Below are positions 24,898 through 34,477 of a stretch of 64,000 nucleotides of DNA, in pieces. This DNA is from Candidatus Uhrbacteria bacterium RIFOXYB12_FULL_58_10. Lineage in GTDB: Bacteria; Patescibacteriota; Patescibacteriia; UBA9934; GWF2-40-263. The stretch lies in assembly GCA_943354165.1 (NCBI GenBank), contig CALRBH010000001.1:80828-144827 (forward strand). Direction: 5' to 3'. Both the position numbers and the translations under genes were made by a program. The notes beneath the pieces were generated by a model. It was not told where the DNA came from, made no database searches, and was given only the letters and a program-made list of their open reading frames with translations. Numbering within the stretch: position 1 is the first letter of the stretch; each line of letters starts with the position of its first letter.

Positions 24898-27800
24898 ATG
24901 ACTGATTCTTTGCGAATCGGAAAGCGCGCTCTCACTGTGGCCGTTGCCGCCGTGACCATTCTTTGGTCCGTTGGCTTCTCCGCATTTGTGGCTCCGATGA
25001 CTGCTTCGGCAGCATCGTCTGGTGACGTTATTCGCGGCACCACGCTTTCCACCCTTTACTACCTCGCTTCAAACGGACAGCGCTACGCATTCCCTAACGA
25101 AAAGACTTACAAGTCTTGGTACGCAGACTTCTCGGGCGTTCAGACTCTTTCTGATTCCGCTCTTGCTGCGATCCCACTCGCTGGGAACATTGTGTACCGC
25201 CCAGGAGCTCGCTGGATTAAAATCCAGTCTGATCCTAAGACCTACGCCGTGACTCCACAGGGTCAGATCCGCTGGATCGAAACTGAGGCAGTTGCTGTCG
25301 GTCTTGCCGGTGCTAACTGGAACACATTCATCGATGACGTTTCGGATGTGTTCTTCGTTGACTACTCGGTAGGCGCTTCTCTCGCTTCGGCTGCCAACGG
25401 TTATTCTGGCATGCTCGTTGAAGAGGCTGGCAAGAACTGGCTTCTTTCGAGCAACCAGAAGCGTGAGGTTACCTCCGCTGGTTTCTCGGGCAACCGTTTC
25501 CAGACGCGCCATGTCCTCTCCGGTGACGGTGTAAACCTCGCTGGGATGACTGTGGGTGCTATGGTCACGGGTGCAGAAGCAGGTCTTACGGACACCGCAC
25601 AGCTCGGTGCAGCAGTGACAGGTGGTCTTTCCATCTCGCTCGCTTCTGACACCCCAGCTTCGACGACGGTTCCAGGCGGCGCTGACTCCGTTGAGTTCAC
25701 CAAGTTCAAGCTTGTTGCAAACTCCGGTTCAGCAACCATCAACCAGATCGTTGTGAGCCTCGGCGGCGTTGGGGCGACCAGCAACATCGACAACGTGTAC
25801 CTCTACAAGGGGAGCACACGTCTTACCGATGGTCGCTCGGTCAACTCGACTACGCGCAAGGCGACCTTCACAGGTCTCAACATCGCTCTCGCTGCCGGTG
25901 ACATCGTGTACCTCTCGGTACGCGCTGATACCAACGCAGCCGCAGGCGGTGGCGACACAGCTAACTTCTCCATCGCTGCTTCCGGCGATGTGACTGGCAC
26001 TGCTACGGTCTCTGGGAACTTCCCAATTTCTGGGAACACCATGAGTTTCTCCGATCAGAACGCCGGTACCATCACGGTAAGCAAGAACGCCACCATCACC
26101 GACCCAACGGTTGGCCAGGAGAATGCCGTGATTGGTAAGTTTAAAGTTGAAGCCGCTACGGAAGACGCTTCGCTTAAGCAGATTACCCTCAACATCGATG
26201 ATGCTGGCGACCACTCCAACTTCAAACTTTGGAAGGGTTCCACGCAGCTCGCTACGGGGACATCTGACGGCGAACTCGTCACCTTCGTGCTCACTAACCC
26301 ACTGCTCGTAGCAGAGGGCGACTCCGAAAACCTTCAGGTTTCGGCTGACATCGGTGGCGAGAAGGACGACGACATCAAAGTCGCGATTGAAGCTGAAGCA
26401 GACGTCGTTGCCATCGGTGGCGATTTCGGCTTCAACATGTCCACTGTCATCACTCTTTACGATGACGAAGGCGGCGCTTGTGTGGACGGAACAACAACTG
26501 GCTGTTCGTTCTCAGAAGTCCTTGGTGGTGAACTTACGTTCGCTTTCAACGGTCCAGCTGCAGACGACATTCAGATCGACGGCGATGACGTTGTGCTCTT
26601 GAAGTTCTCCATCACTTCGGAAGAAGCGGTTGAGATCAAGACGCTGAAGGTCACCGTCGCATGTTCCACTGGTGCGGAATGTGATAACGACAACAACGAC
26701 GAAGGCGGTCTCATTAACGACGTAACTGGCGCAGACAGCCCAGATACGCTCAATCTTGAGAACATCACTATTCGTAAGTCCGACGGTTCCGCTTGGATGG
26801 GTCCTGAGGAGCTCTCAGCCGCTGGCTCTGACGCAACTCAGACTCTTTCCTTCACGGACAACCAGAACATGACGGCCGGGCAGACGCTCGACCTTATGGT
26901 CACTGCAGACGTCGACAACGTTGATGGTCTCAGCGATGACAAGTACCGCGCTACATTGGAGCTTGGTACCGCTGGTGATGTTGAGGCAGAGGATGCAAAT
27001 GGCGACGATCTCGCCCTCGGCGACATCGTTCCAGGTACTGATCTCGTAGGAAACGAGATGACTGCAACCAACTCCTCCCTCTCGGTGCAGGTTTCGACTC
27101 CACCATCCTCTGGTACCTTCGTTAAGGGCCTCCAGAACGTGGCTGTGCTCGGCCTTGCCTTTGAGGCTGGGGATGCATCTGACGTAAAGGTCACCGACCT
27201 TGTGCTCAATGCTGATCTCGACACCACTGTCGGCGGCGGCGTTACCAGCACGGACTTGGTCCGCGATTCTGTGAACTCCTGCTCGCTTTACGACAGCCAG
27301 TCTGGAGCCCTTATTGCTGGCCCAGAGTCCTTCGACGCCGCTAATGAAGAAGCTTCGTTCGACAACTTCTCCTGGACCGTATCGGCCGGAGAAACCGAAA
27401 AGATGATCGTGAAGTGTAACTTCGCGAACGTTGATTCCAACGATGCTGACGATGATGAATACAACTTCTTCATCGACACCATTGGTACTGACATCACCGC
27501 AGAAGATACAGACGGCGATGACGTTGATCCAACAGCAGGTGCTGCTGGCCTCAACGAAGCCGTAGAAACAGTGGTCATCACGATCACGAACGCAGGCACC
27601 TTGATCATTAGTCTCGACGGTTCCACCGCTGCTTCGAACATCATCCTTGGTGCTTCGACCGGTGTGGCCATGTCGAAGTTTAAGTTCGAGGCAGGGGACG
27701 AGTCCTTCCTCGTGAAGGAACTTACCCTGGACAACTGTGTCACGCTCGTTGCAGACGCCGATGGCGACTGTGCAGACGGCGGTGAAGCCCTTGGTGCTGA

Positions 27801-28740
27801 TGACATCGCATCTGCGGTGAAACTCAGCTACCAGAACGAGGCAGGCGCTACGGTCACCAAGACCGGCTTCCTCTCGGGTAACACCATGAACGTCTCCGGC
27901 CTGGACTTCTTTATCCCATCCGGTACGACTCGTGTGCTCACCGTCACGATTGATACCAACGCGGTATCTTCCGTCGGTGCAGACTCCGGTACTCTTATTC
28001 AGCTCAACTTCAATGCCGAGGCCTCGGGTACGGCAACCTTCGAAGCTGTTGGATCTGGTTCCGGTGAAACGCTTACTGAAGTTGAGATTGATGCCGCCAA
28101 CTCTGGCGAATACATCGTTACGAACGACATGGTCGTTCGTAAGACAAAGCCAACGATCTCGCTCGCTTCGGGAAGCCCAAGCGGTGCAAGCATTCCTGGT
28201 CTCTCAGAAGTCCTTCGCTTCAACGTCGCTGCGGATTCCCGTGGCTTCGTGACCCTCGACGCAGTGACCTTCAAGGTAACCACGACCGATGGCGCTGCAA
28301 GCGGTTGGGCAGACTGTGATGACGCCTCGTTCGCAGTTGCAACGGGTTGGGAACTCTTCGACAACGACGATTCATCGGATAAACTCGATGACGCCGCTGA
28401 TTGGACCTTCCGAGATGGCGCAGGCGCTAACGTCTGTGGCGCCGGTGTTCCTCTCAAGTTCGTTGAACTTGACTTCGAAGGCGCTGCAACTCACCCAGCT
28501 GAAGAAATCGGTGCAGGTACAACGAAGACGTACGTTCTCCGCGTTGACACCACTGGTGCCGACTCAGCTGACGACGATTCGATCCGCATCGACATTCCAG
28601 ATGAGGCAGAAATCGATGCCGTTGTTGGCATGACTGCTATCCCATCTGCGATTCGTTGGGATGACGACGTGGAAGGCGACGACATCAACGGTGATCTTGT
28701 CAAGAACCTTTCCGTCACTGGCGGCACACTCGTTTACTAA
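24898..28740 (+). CDS. S-layer-like large surface protein
   Basis: 1280 aa, signal peptide, acidic Thr/Gly/Ala-rich beta domains; N-terminal RYAFPNEKTYKSWYADFS motif; strongly biased codon usage. Confidence 0.85.
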   Translation: MTDSLRIGKRALTVAVAAVTILWSVGFSAFVAPMTASAASSGDVIRGTTLSTLYYLASNGQRYAFPNEKTYKSWYADFSGVQTLSDSALAAIPLAGNIVYRPGARWIKIQSDPKTYAVTPQGQIRWIETEAVAVGLAGANWNTFIDDVSDVFFVDYSVGASLASAANGYSGMLVEEAGKNWLLSSNQKREVTSAGFSGNRFQTRHVLSGDGVNLAGMTVGAMVTGAEAGLTDTAQLGAAVTGGLSISLASDTPASTTVPGGADSVEFTKFKLVANSGSATINQIVVSLGGVGATSNIDNVYLYKGSTRLTDGRSVNSTTRKATFTGLNIALAAGDIVYLSVRADTNAAAGGGDTANFSIAASGDVTGTATVSGNFPISGNTMSFSDQNAGTITVSKNATITDPTVGQENAVIGKFKVEAATEDASLKQITLNIDDAGDHSNFKLWKGSTQLATGTSDGELVTFVLTNPLLVAEGDSENLQVSADIGGEKDDDIKVAIEAEADVVAIGGDFGFNMSTVITLYDDEGGACVDGTTTGCSFSEVLGGELTFAFNGPAADDIQIDGDDVVLLKFSITSEEAVEIKTLKVTVACSTGAECDNDNNDEGGLINDVTGADSPDTLNLENITIRKSDGSAWMGPEELSAAGSDATQTLSFTDNQNMTAGQTLDLMVTADVDNVDGLSDDKYRATLELGTAGDVEAEDANGDDLALGDIVPGTDLVGNEMTATNSSLSVQVSTPPSSGTFVKGLQNVAVLGLAFEAGDASDVKVTDLVLNADLDTTVGGGVTSTDLVRDSVNSCSLYDSQSGALIAGPESFDAANEEASFDNFSWTVSAGETEKMIVKCNFANVDSNDADDDEYNFFIDTIGTDITAEDTDGDDVDPTAGAAGLNEAVETVVITITNAGTLIISLDGSTAASNIILGASTGVAMSKFKFEAGDESFLVKELTLDNCVTLVADADGDCADGGEALGADDIASAVKLSYQNEAGATVTKTGFLSGNTMNVSGLDFFIPSGTTRVLTVTIDTNAVSSVGADSGTLIQLNFNAEASGTATFEAVGSGSGETLTEVEIDAANSGEYIVTNDMVVRKTKPTISLASGSPSGASIPGLSEVLRFNVAADSRGFVTLDAVTFKVTTTDGAASGWADCDDASFAVATGWELFDNDDSSDKLDDAADWTFRDGAGANVCGAGVPLKFVELDFEGAATHPAEEIGAGTTKTYVLRVDTTGADSADDDSIRIDIPDEAEIDAVVGMTAIPSAIRWDDDVEGDDINGDLVKNLSVTGGTLVY

Positions 28741-28791
28741 GCCTCGGCTTAGCGAACAGTACGCCGCGCTCAGCGCGGTGGCTGCTAGAAG

Positions 28792-28823
28792 CAAACTCCC
28801 CGCCCGCAAGGGTGGGGAGTTTG
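28792..28823 (+). terminator. terminator after the S-layer gene
   Basis: CAAACTCCCCGCCC-GCAA-GGGTGGGGAGTTTG. Confidence 0.8.
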
Positions 28824-28917
28824 TGTTTGGGGGACAACTAGTTCCAAACTGGAACCAGTTCACAATACACAGGAATATGGATAGCAATATGCCAAATATG
28901 CCTATTACAATTTTGAT

Positions 28918-28948
28918 TTGAACTGTTACAAAATATGTAACAGTTCAA
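28918..28948. promoter_or_regulatory. perfect palindrome upstream of the TA promoter (possible operator)
   Basis: TTGAACTGTTACA-AAATA-TGTAACAGTTCAA, just before TTGACG(28953)-17-TATGAT. Confidence 0.55.
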
Positions 28949-28989
28949 CGGATTGACGCGTTTCTCCCTCATTAGTATGATTCATCTGT

Positions 28990-29235
28990 ATGGTAAAGCA
29001 AAAACTTTCAGCCAAAGTGGATCGTAAAACGATTATCCACGCCGTTGACCAACTCTCTCCAGATCGTGCGAGGATCGCGGTGGATTTTTTGGAGTTTCTC
29101 CATCAGAAAGATGCTGAATGGGATGCAACTACAGAACTCCTTTCGGATAAAAAGTTGATGAGCGATATCGCCACCGCAAGAAGGGATGTGGCAAAAGGAA
29201 TCGGACTCTCGTCTTGGCGCAAAACATCTGCGTAA
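28990..29235 (+). CDS. putative type II antitoxin
   Basis: 81 aa; EWDATTELLSDKKLMSDIATARRDV resembles antitoxin C-termini; 1 nt upstream of a RelE-like gene. Confidence 0.75.
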   Translation: MVKQKLSAKVDRKTIIHAVDQLSPDRARIAVDFLEFLHQKDAEWDATTELLSDKKLMSDIATARRDVAKGIGLSSWRKTSA

Positions 29236-29236
29236 T

Positions 29237-29494
29237 ATGTTCGAGGTCCAGCTTCATATAAAAGCCAGGAAATCATATGAACGGCTTCCAAAACAGGCCG
29301 TTCTTCTTGTTGATCGCGGATTTGCTCTTCTTGAGTCGGATCCGTTTTCCGGGCCACAGATTAAACGTCTGCACGGTCCACTTGCCGGGCTATATCGTTT
29401 ACGGGCTGGAAGATATCGTATTGTTTATCAGATCATAAATGATCATCAAATAGTCGTAGTTCTTGTCATTGGCTCAAGAGAGAGTGTGTATTAA
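29237..29494 (+). CDS. RelE/ParE family toxin
   Basis: IKRLHG..LYRLRAGRYRIVY.I...VVVLVIGSRESVY. Confidence 0.92.
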   Translation: MFEVQLHIKARKSYERLPKQAVLLVDRGFALLESDPFSGPQIKRLHGPLAGLYRLRAGRYRIVYQIINDHQIVVVLVIGSRESVY

Positions 29495-29565
29495 TAAGGT
29501 TTGCCATTTCGCCCACATTTCGCTAAGATTCCGCAACGAATGTAATGATTGATCGATATCCCTGT

Positions 29566-30288
29566 ATGTCTAAGCAGATCCGGCCGAAAACGCTTCTAAC
29601 TGCCCTTGCCGCCGTCATTGTGATTGTGGTTGGCGGGATGTGGTACGACCGCTCCACAAATCTTTCTCAGGATACGACTTCTAAGCAGATTATCGTTGAT
29701 ACCGTGGATCGCGGGATGTCGCCGGAACAGCGCGATACGTTTTATAAAAAAATTGCGGAACTTCAGGTACAGATCGCAGACGATGCCAATGAAGGCAAAC
29801 GCGATATCAGCAAAATCCTCCAGCTCGGAAACATGTTTTACACCGCCGGGGAACTCGCTCAGGCGAACGAGCAATACAAGGATATTTTGCGCACCAACCC
29901 TACGGACACTCCGGCTATGGAGAATATGGGACAGTCTCTCATGGAAATGGGGGACTATGAGGGAGCGGCCGCTCTTTGGGTGAGGTCGCTTAATATTTCT
30001 GCCAATGAGCAGATCTACATTAAACTTGTGGACCTCATTACGGAGCGTCTTCCCGCCAAGAATGCGCGCATTCAGGAGATCCTTGAATCCGCCATTGCCA
30101 ACATCGGCCAGACCCCAACGCTTCTCAAACGTCTCGCGCAGTGGTACGGGGAAAATGGAAAATACGAGGAGGCCATTTCTCATTACGAGGTCGCCCAGAA
30201 GCTGAACCTCAAGGACACCAGCATTAAGGAAGAGATAGACGCTCTGCGTCTGAAGCAGGCTCAAGCACTGCGATTACAGGAACGGTAA
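29566..30288 (+). CDS. membrane-anchored tetratricopeptide-repeat protein
   Basis: N-terminal TM; LGNMFY..GE..A, MGDYEGA and GKYEEAI TPR-like units. Confidence 0.8.
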   Translation: MSKQIRPKTLLTALAAVIVIVVGGMWYDRSTNLSQDTTSKQIIVDTVDRGMSPEQRDTFYKKIAELQVQIADDANEGKRDISKILQLGNMFYTAGELAQANEQYKDILRTNPTDTPAMENMGQSLMEMGDYEGAAALWVRSLNISANEQIYIKLVDLITERLPAKNARIQEILESAIANIGQTPTLLKRLAQWYGENGKYEEAISHYEVAQKLNLKDTSIKEEIDALRLKQAQALRLQER

Positions 30289-30293
30289 TAATT

Positions 30294-30324
30294 CTCAAAC
30301 TCCCCTCCAGCAGGGGAGTTTGAG
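30294..30324 (+). terminator. terminator after the TPR gene
   Basis: CTCAAACTCCCCT-CCAGC-AGGGGAGTTTGAG. Confidence 0.75.
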
Positions 30325-30351
30325 TTTGCTTCATGTTATAATAGCAAAATT

Positions 30352-32403
30352 ATGCGTCGCCTTCTTACCCTTACCGCCCTTACAGCCATTACCGCCCTTA
30401 CCACCCAACCCGCACTCGCAGCCATCCCGAACGATCCTCTCATTGAACAGCAATGGTACCTGGCCAAGGTTCAGGCATTCAACGCATGGGACCACGGGAC
30501 GGGAACGGATGACGTCGTCGTTGCGGTGCTTGATACGGGTATTGATCTTGATCATCCGGATATAAAAGAGAATCTTTGGCGTAACGAAGGAGAGGTGAAA
30601 GGCGATGGGATCGATAATGATCAGAATGGTTTTGTTGACGATACGAACGGTTGGGATTTCATTGATGGGGACAACAGTCCGACTCCTTCCGCCGTGAACG
30701 CGCCGAGCGATGACGCGGTCGTGCATGGAACCGTCATTGCCGGAGTTATCGCCGCTGTTGGAAACAACGGGGAAGGGATCGCCGGGCTCAACTGGAAGGC
30801 GAAGATCATGCCGGTCCGCATCCTGGACCAATTCGGTTCCGGGACGAGCGAGGGAGCGCGTAAGGCCATCGAATACGCCGTGGCCAATCATGCCGACGTC
30901 ATTAATTTGAGTTTTACCGGATTCGAAGTCGACGAGGTCTTTAAGGACGTGGTTCACCGCGCGTACCAGGCAGGGGTGATTGTTGTTGCGGCTGTGGGGA
31001 ATAAAAGCGGCGGGGGAGTGAACCTGGACGAGACACCCGTGTATCCGGCCTGCTTCATGGGACTCGATGGGGACTGGGTGCTCGGTGTCGCCGCGACCAC
31101 TCGTCAGGACACCAAGGCTGGATTTTCAAACTACGGTTCGACCTGTACGGACATCAGTGCACCTGGGATCGAAGTGTTTGGCACGTCTTTTCAGGATCCG
31201 ACGGTAAACGGGTTTGGCCAGGCTTATCTTGGCGGATGGGCAGGTACATCGATTGCGTCTCCGATGGTGGCTGGCGCGGCTGCGCTGCTTAAGGCCAAGT
31301 ATCCGTTCATCACGCCAACGCAGGTAAAAACTGCATTGCAGCTTTCCGTGGATCCGCTTGCGGAAGTTGGGACGCCTGCCGCGGGGAAACTCGGTGCGGG
31401 TCGGCTGAACGTTGCTCGGGCGTTTGAGGTCGCGGGACAGTTTACGTTTGGGACGTCTTTGCCGATTCCTTCAGGACCCGCACCGGCAGTTCTCCCACCC
31501 CCTCCAACTCCCCCTCCGGGAGGGGGAGGGTTCGAGTCTGTTCGGATCGTCCTTGCGGCTGGGCCGGGTGCTGCGCCTCGAGTTCAGGTTTTTGATGAAG
31601 GCGGGCATGCGTCTGCATCGTTCTTGGCGTATGCCGAGGCGTTTAAGGGCGGCGTGCGCGTTGCGGCTGGCGATGTGGATGGGGACGGCGTCATGGAAAT
31701 CATCACGGTGCCCGGGCCAGGTGGCGGTCCGCACGTGCGTATCTTCACTCTTTCTGGCACGGTGAAAGGACAGTTTTTTGCCGGGGACAAGGCTGACCGG
31801 CGCGGATTAAACGTGTCGGTTGCGGATGTGGACGGCGATTTGAAATGGGAGATTATCACCAGCACGGAAGTGGGCGGGCTTGGGGAGGTGAACGTCTTTA
31901 CCATGGACGGAACTCGGCTTTCGAGCTTCAAACCGTTTCCAGGATCCAAGGAAGCGATTCGTGCGACGGGCGTGGACGCGGATGGAGATCGGCGAGATGA
32001 GATTGCCGTAGCGCTCGGCGCCGGGGCGAAACCGGAAGTGCGATTGTTTAGTTCCACCGGTTCGCTGAAGAAGAGTTTTCTTGCATATGGGGCAGGGTTC
32101 CTTGGCGGGATCTATTTGACTGCCGCGGATCTCGATGCAGACGGCAGCGAGGAAATCGTTGCGGGAACCGGGACTGGAGGAGGACCGCAGGTGCGGACGT
32201 TCACCGGCAAGGGTGCCGTCGTGGATTCTTTCTTCGCCTTTGACGCCACGCACCGCAAAGGGGTGATGGTCGCGGGGGCGGGCACGTTCCTTGTGGCCCT
32301 TGAAGGAAGCAGCGGAGCTGTGAAGCTCCTGAATCGCAAGGGACAGACCATGGGCGGATTCGATGTCCTCCCGGGCAATTATTCATTAGCTGTCCTTGAA
32401 TAA
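30352..32403 (+). CDS. S8 (subtilisin-like) peptidase with C-terminal FG-GAP-like repeats
   Basis: Catalytic triad VAVLDTG / HGTVIAG / GTSIASP; GGVRVAAGDVDGDG repeats. Confidence 0.93.
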   Translation: MRRLLTLTALTAITALTTQPALAAIPNDPLIEQQWYLAKVQAFNAWDHGTGTDDVVVAVLDTGIDLDHPDIKENLWRNEGEVKGDGIDNDQNGFVDDTNGWDFIDGDNSPTPSAVNAPSDDAVVHGTVIAGVIAAVGNNGEGIAGLNWKAKIMPVRILDQFGSGTSEGARKAIEYAVANHADVINLSFTGFEVDEVFKDVVHRAYQAGVIVVAAVGNKSGGGVNLDETPVYPACFMGLDGDWVLGVAATTRQDTKAGFSNYGSTCTDISAPGIEVFGTSFQDPTVNGFGQAYLGGWAGTSIASPMVAGAAALLKAKYPFITPTQVKTALQLSVDPLAEVGTPAAGKLGAGRLNVARAFEVAGQFTFGTSLPIPSGPAPAVLPPPPTPPPGGGGFESVRIVLAAGPGAAPRVQVFDEGGHASASFLAYAEAFKGGVRVAAGDVDGDGVMEIITVPGPGGGPHVRIFTLSGTVKGQFFAGDKADRRGLNVSVADVDGDLKWEIITSTEVGGLGEVNVFTMDGTRLSSFKPFPGSKEAIRATGVDADGDRRDEIAVALGAGAKPEVRLFSSTGSLKKSFLAYGAGFLGGIYLTAADLDADGSEEIVAGTGTGGGPQVRTFTGKGAVVDSFFAFDATHRKGVMVAGAGTFLVALEGSSGAVKLLNRKGQTMGGFDVLPGNYSLAVLE

Positions 32404-32420
32404 GGTACAATGTCCCCACT

Positions 32421-33431
32421 ATGCCAACCCAACCATTTGAAAAGAAAAACGTGCTTGTCACCGGCGGGGCCGGGTTCATCGGATCCCATCTCTGCGAACG
32501 GCTGCTCATGGATGGCCATCGCGTGATCTGCTTGGATAACTTTTCCACCAGTCACGTCCGTAATATCAACGACCTGCTTTCGAATCCAAACTTTCAGTTC
32601 CTCCGCCTCGACATCAACGAGCCGATGAACCTCGAGCAGTACACCGAGCTGTCCGGATTCAAGCTTCCGTTCCAGGGGATCCAGGAGATCTATCACTTGG
32701 CGTGTCCGACATCGATTAAACAGTTCGACCAGTTCCGTGCGCAGACGCTGCTCGCCAGTTCCGTGGGCACGTACAATGTACTTGAGCTCGCCCGGAAATA
32801 TCGCGCGAAGATTTTGCTGTCGTCGAGTTCGGTCGTCTACGGATCGCGACGCAAGGAACATCCAGTTGTCGTGGAAACGGATTTGGGAACGGTTGACCAG
32901 CTCTCCCCCCGCGCCTGTTACGATGAAGGCCGCCGGTTTTCGGAAACCATGTTTGCCACCTACCAGCAGGTGCACGGGCTTGAGACGCGCATCGCGCGCA
33001 TCTTCCGCACGTATGGTCCTCGCATGCCGCTTTTTGACGGCCATCTCATTCCGGATTTCGTCCTCAACGCCCTCGAAGGGAAAGATCTGGTGGTATACGA
33101 CCATGGAGGATTCCACTCGTCGTTCGTCTTCGTGACGGACGTCGTGGACGCGCTCGTCCGCCTTATGGGCACGCCGACCGATCCGGGTCCCGCCAACGTG
33201 GGAAGCGACGTCGACATGCTTGTGGACGATGTCGCGGCGATGATCGTCAAGCTGACGGAATCGACTTCGCCGGTAAAGCAAGGCGAGGACCTTCTGTTCC
33301 TCTCGGAGCTTCCGATTCCAAACATTGACCGCATGCGCGAGATTGGATGGTTTCCGATCGTGCGGCTGGAGGACGGGCTTGAGAAGACGGTCGAATACAT
33401 GAAGGCGAATCGGCTGCTCTTGAGCGTGTAG
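32421..33431 (+). CDS. NAD-dependent epimerase/dehydratase, UDP-glucuronate decarboxylase-like
   Basis: VTGGAGFIGSHLC, IYHLACP, PRACYDEG, RIARIF.TYGPRM. Confidence 0.88.
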   Translation: MPTQPFEKKNVLVTGGAGFIGSHLCERLLMDGHRVICLDNFSTSHVRNINDLLSNPNFQFLRLDINEPMNLEQYTELSGFKLPFQGIQEIYHLACPTSIKQFDQFRAQTLLASSVGTYNVLELARKYRAKILLSSSSVVYGSRRKEHPVVVETDLGTVDQLSPRACYDEGRRFSETMFATYQQVHGLETRIARIFRTYGPRMPLFDGHLIPDFVLNALEGKDLVVYDHGGFHSSFVFVTDVVDALVRLMGTPTDPGPANVGSDVDMLVDDVAAMIVKLTESTSPVKQGEDLLFLSELPIPNIDRMREIGWFPIVRLEDGLEKTVEYMKANRLLLSV

Positions 33432-33458
33432 GGCGTAGTGTGTAAGGTATAGGAATCT

Positions 33459-34124
33459 ATGCGAGTTATCGCGGTTATTCCTTGTTATAACGAGGCAAGC
33501 GAGGTGGGACGGGTCGTGCAAACGGTCCGTTCCTTTGTCGCACAAGTGATCGTGGTAGACGACGGCTCTAACGACGCGAGTGCAGAAGAAGCGCGCAAGG
33601 CCGGAGCGGTGGTGGTGCAACATGTCATCAACCGCGGATTGGGCGCTTCGCTCGGCACTGGGTTTGCCGCCGCTCTCATGAACGGCGCGGATGCCGTGGT
33701 CACGTTGGATGCCGATGGTCAGCACGACCCGTCGGAAATCCCGTCGCTCGTCGCGGCGCTTGAAGCTGGGGCAGATGCGGCGCTCGGATCGCGCATGCTT
33801 ACGCGCACGGGGATGCCGGCGCGCCGCCAGTTCGCGAACACGCTTGGAAACGTCCTTACGTTTCTCTTGTTCGGCTCATGGGTCACGGACAGCCAGTCCG
33901 GATACCGCGCGATCAACGCATCGACGCTTGCGAAGATGGATCTCAAGACCAACCGGATGGAAGTGTCCTCGGAAATCATCGCCGAGCTTTGCCGTGTAGG
34001 CGCGTGCGTCGTCGAGGTTCCCATCAAGGCGATCTACACGGAGTATTCGCTTTCCAAGGGGCAGAACTGGTTTGTCGGAATTAAAACCGCGATCAAGCTT
34101 CTTCTTCGCCGCCTCTCCTCGTAA
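33459..34124 (+). CDS. GT2 glycosyltransferase, DPM1-like
   Basis: IPCYNE, VVDDGS, NRGLG, TLDADGQH, TDSQSGYR. Confidence 0.92.
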   Translation: MRVIAVIPCYNEASEVGRVVQTVRSFVAQVIVVDDGSNDASAEEARKAGAVVVQHVINRGLGASLGTGFAAALMNGADAVVTLDADGQHDPSEIPSLVAALEAGADAALGSRMLTRTGMPARRQFANTLGNVLTFLLFGSWVTDSQSGYRAINASTLAKMDLKTNRMEVSSEIIAELCRVGACVVEVPIKAIYTEYSLSKGQNWFVGIKTAIKLLLRRLSS

Positions 34125-34126
34125 CT

Positions 34127-34477
34127 ATGTCGTTCACCCTCATCCAAATCATTCTCATCGGCGTTGCCTTGCTCGGAGCGTTCCGTACTGTGCGACAGTT
34201 TAGGGCCGGCCGCGTGCCACCCGCCTGGCTCGCCTTTTGGGGAGCGTGCTGGACGGCACTCGCGGTCGTCGCCTTCATTCCGCAGACGACCGACATCGCG
34301 GCGAACATTTTCGGCGTCGGCCGCGGAGTTGATCTTGCGGTGTACGTTTCCATCGTTCTTCTGTTCGCCCTCTCCTTCAAGCTCCTCATGAAGATCGAGG
34401 ATCTTGAGCGCGACATTACCAGGCTCGTCCGCGCGCTCGCCCTTAAGGATTCCGATAAGACTGATCATGTCGCCTAA
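34127..34477 (+). CDS. DUF2304-like small membrane protein
   Basis: 3 TMs; GVGRGVDL and ITRLVRALAL; follows a DPM1-like GT2. Confidence 0.85.
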   Translation: MSFTLIQIILIGVALLGAFRTVRQFRAGRVPPAWLAFWGACWTALAVVAFIPQTTDIAANIFGVGRGVDLAVYVSIVLLFALSFKLLMKIEDLERDITRLVRALALKDSDKTDHVA

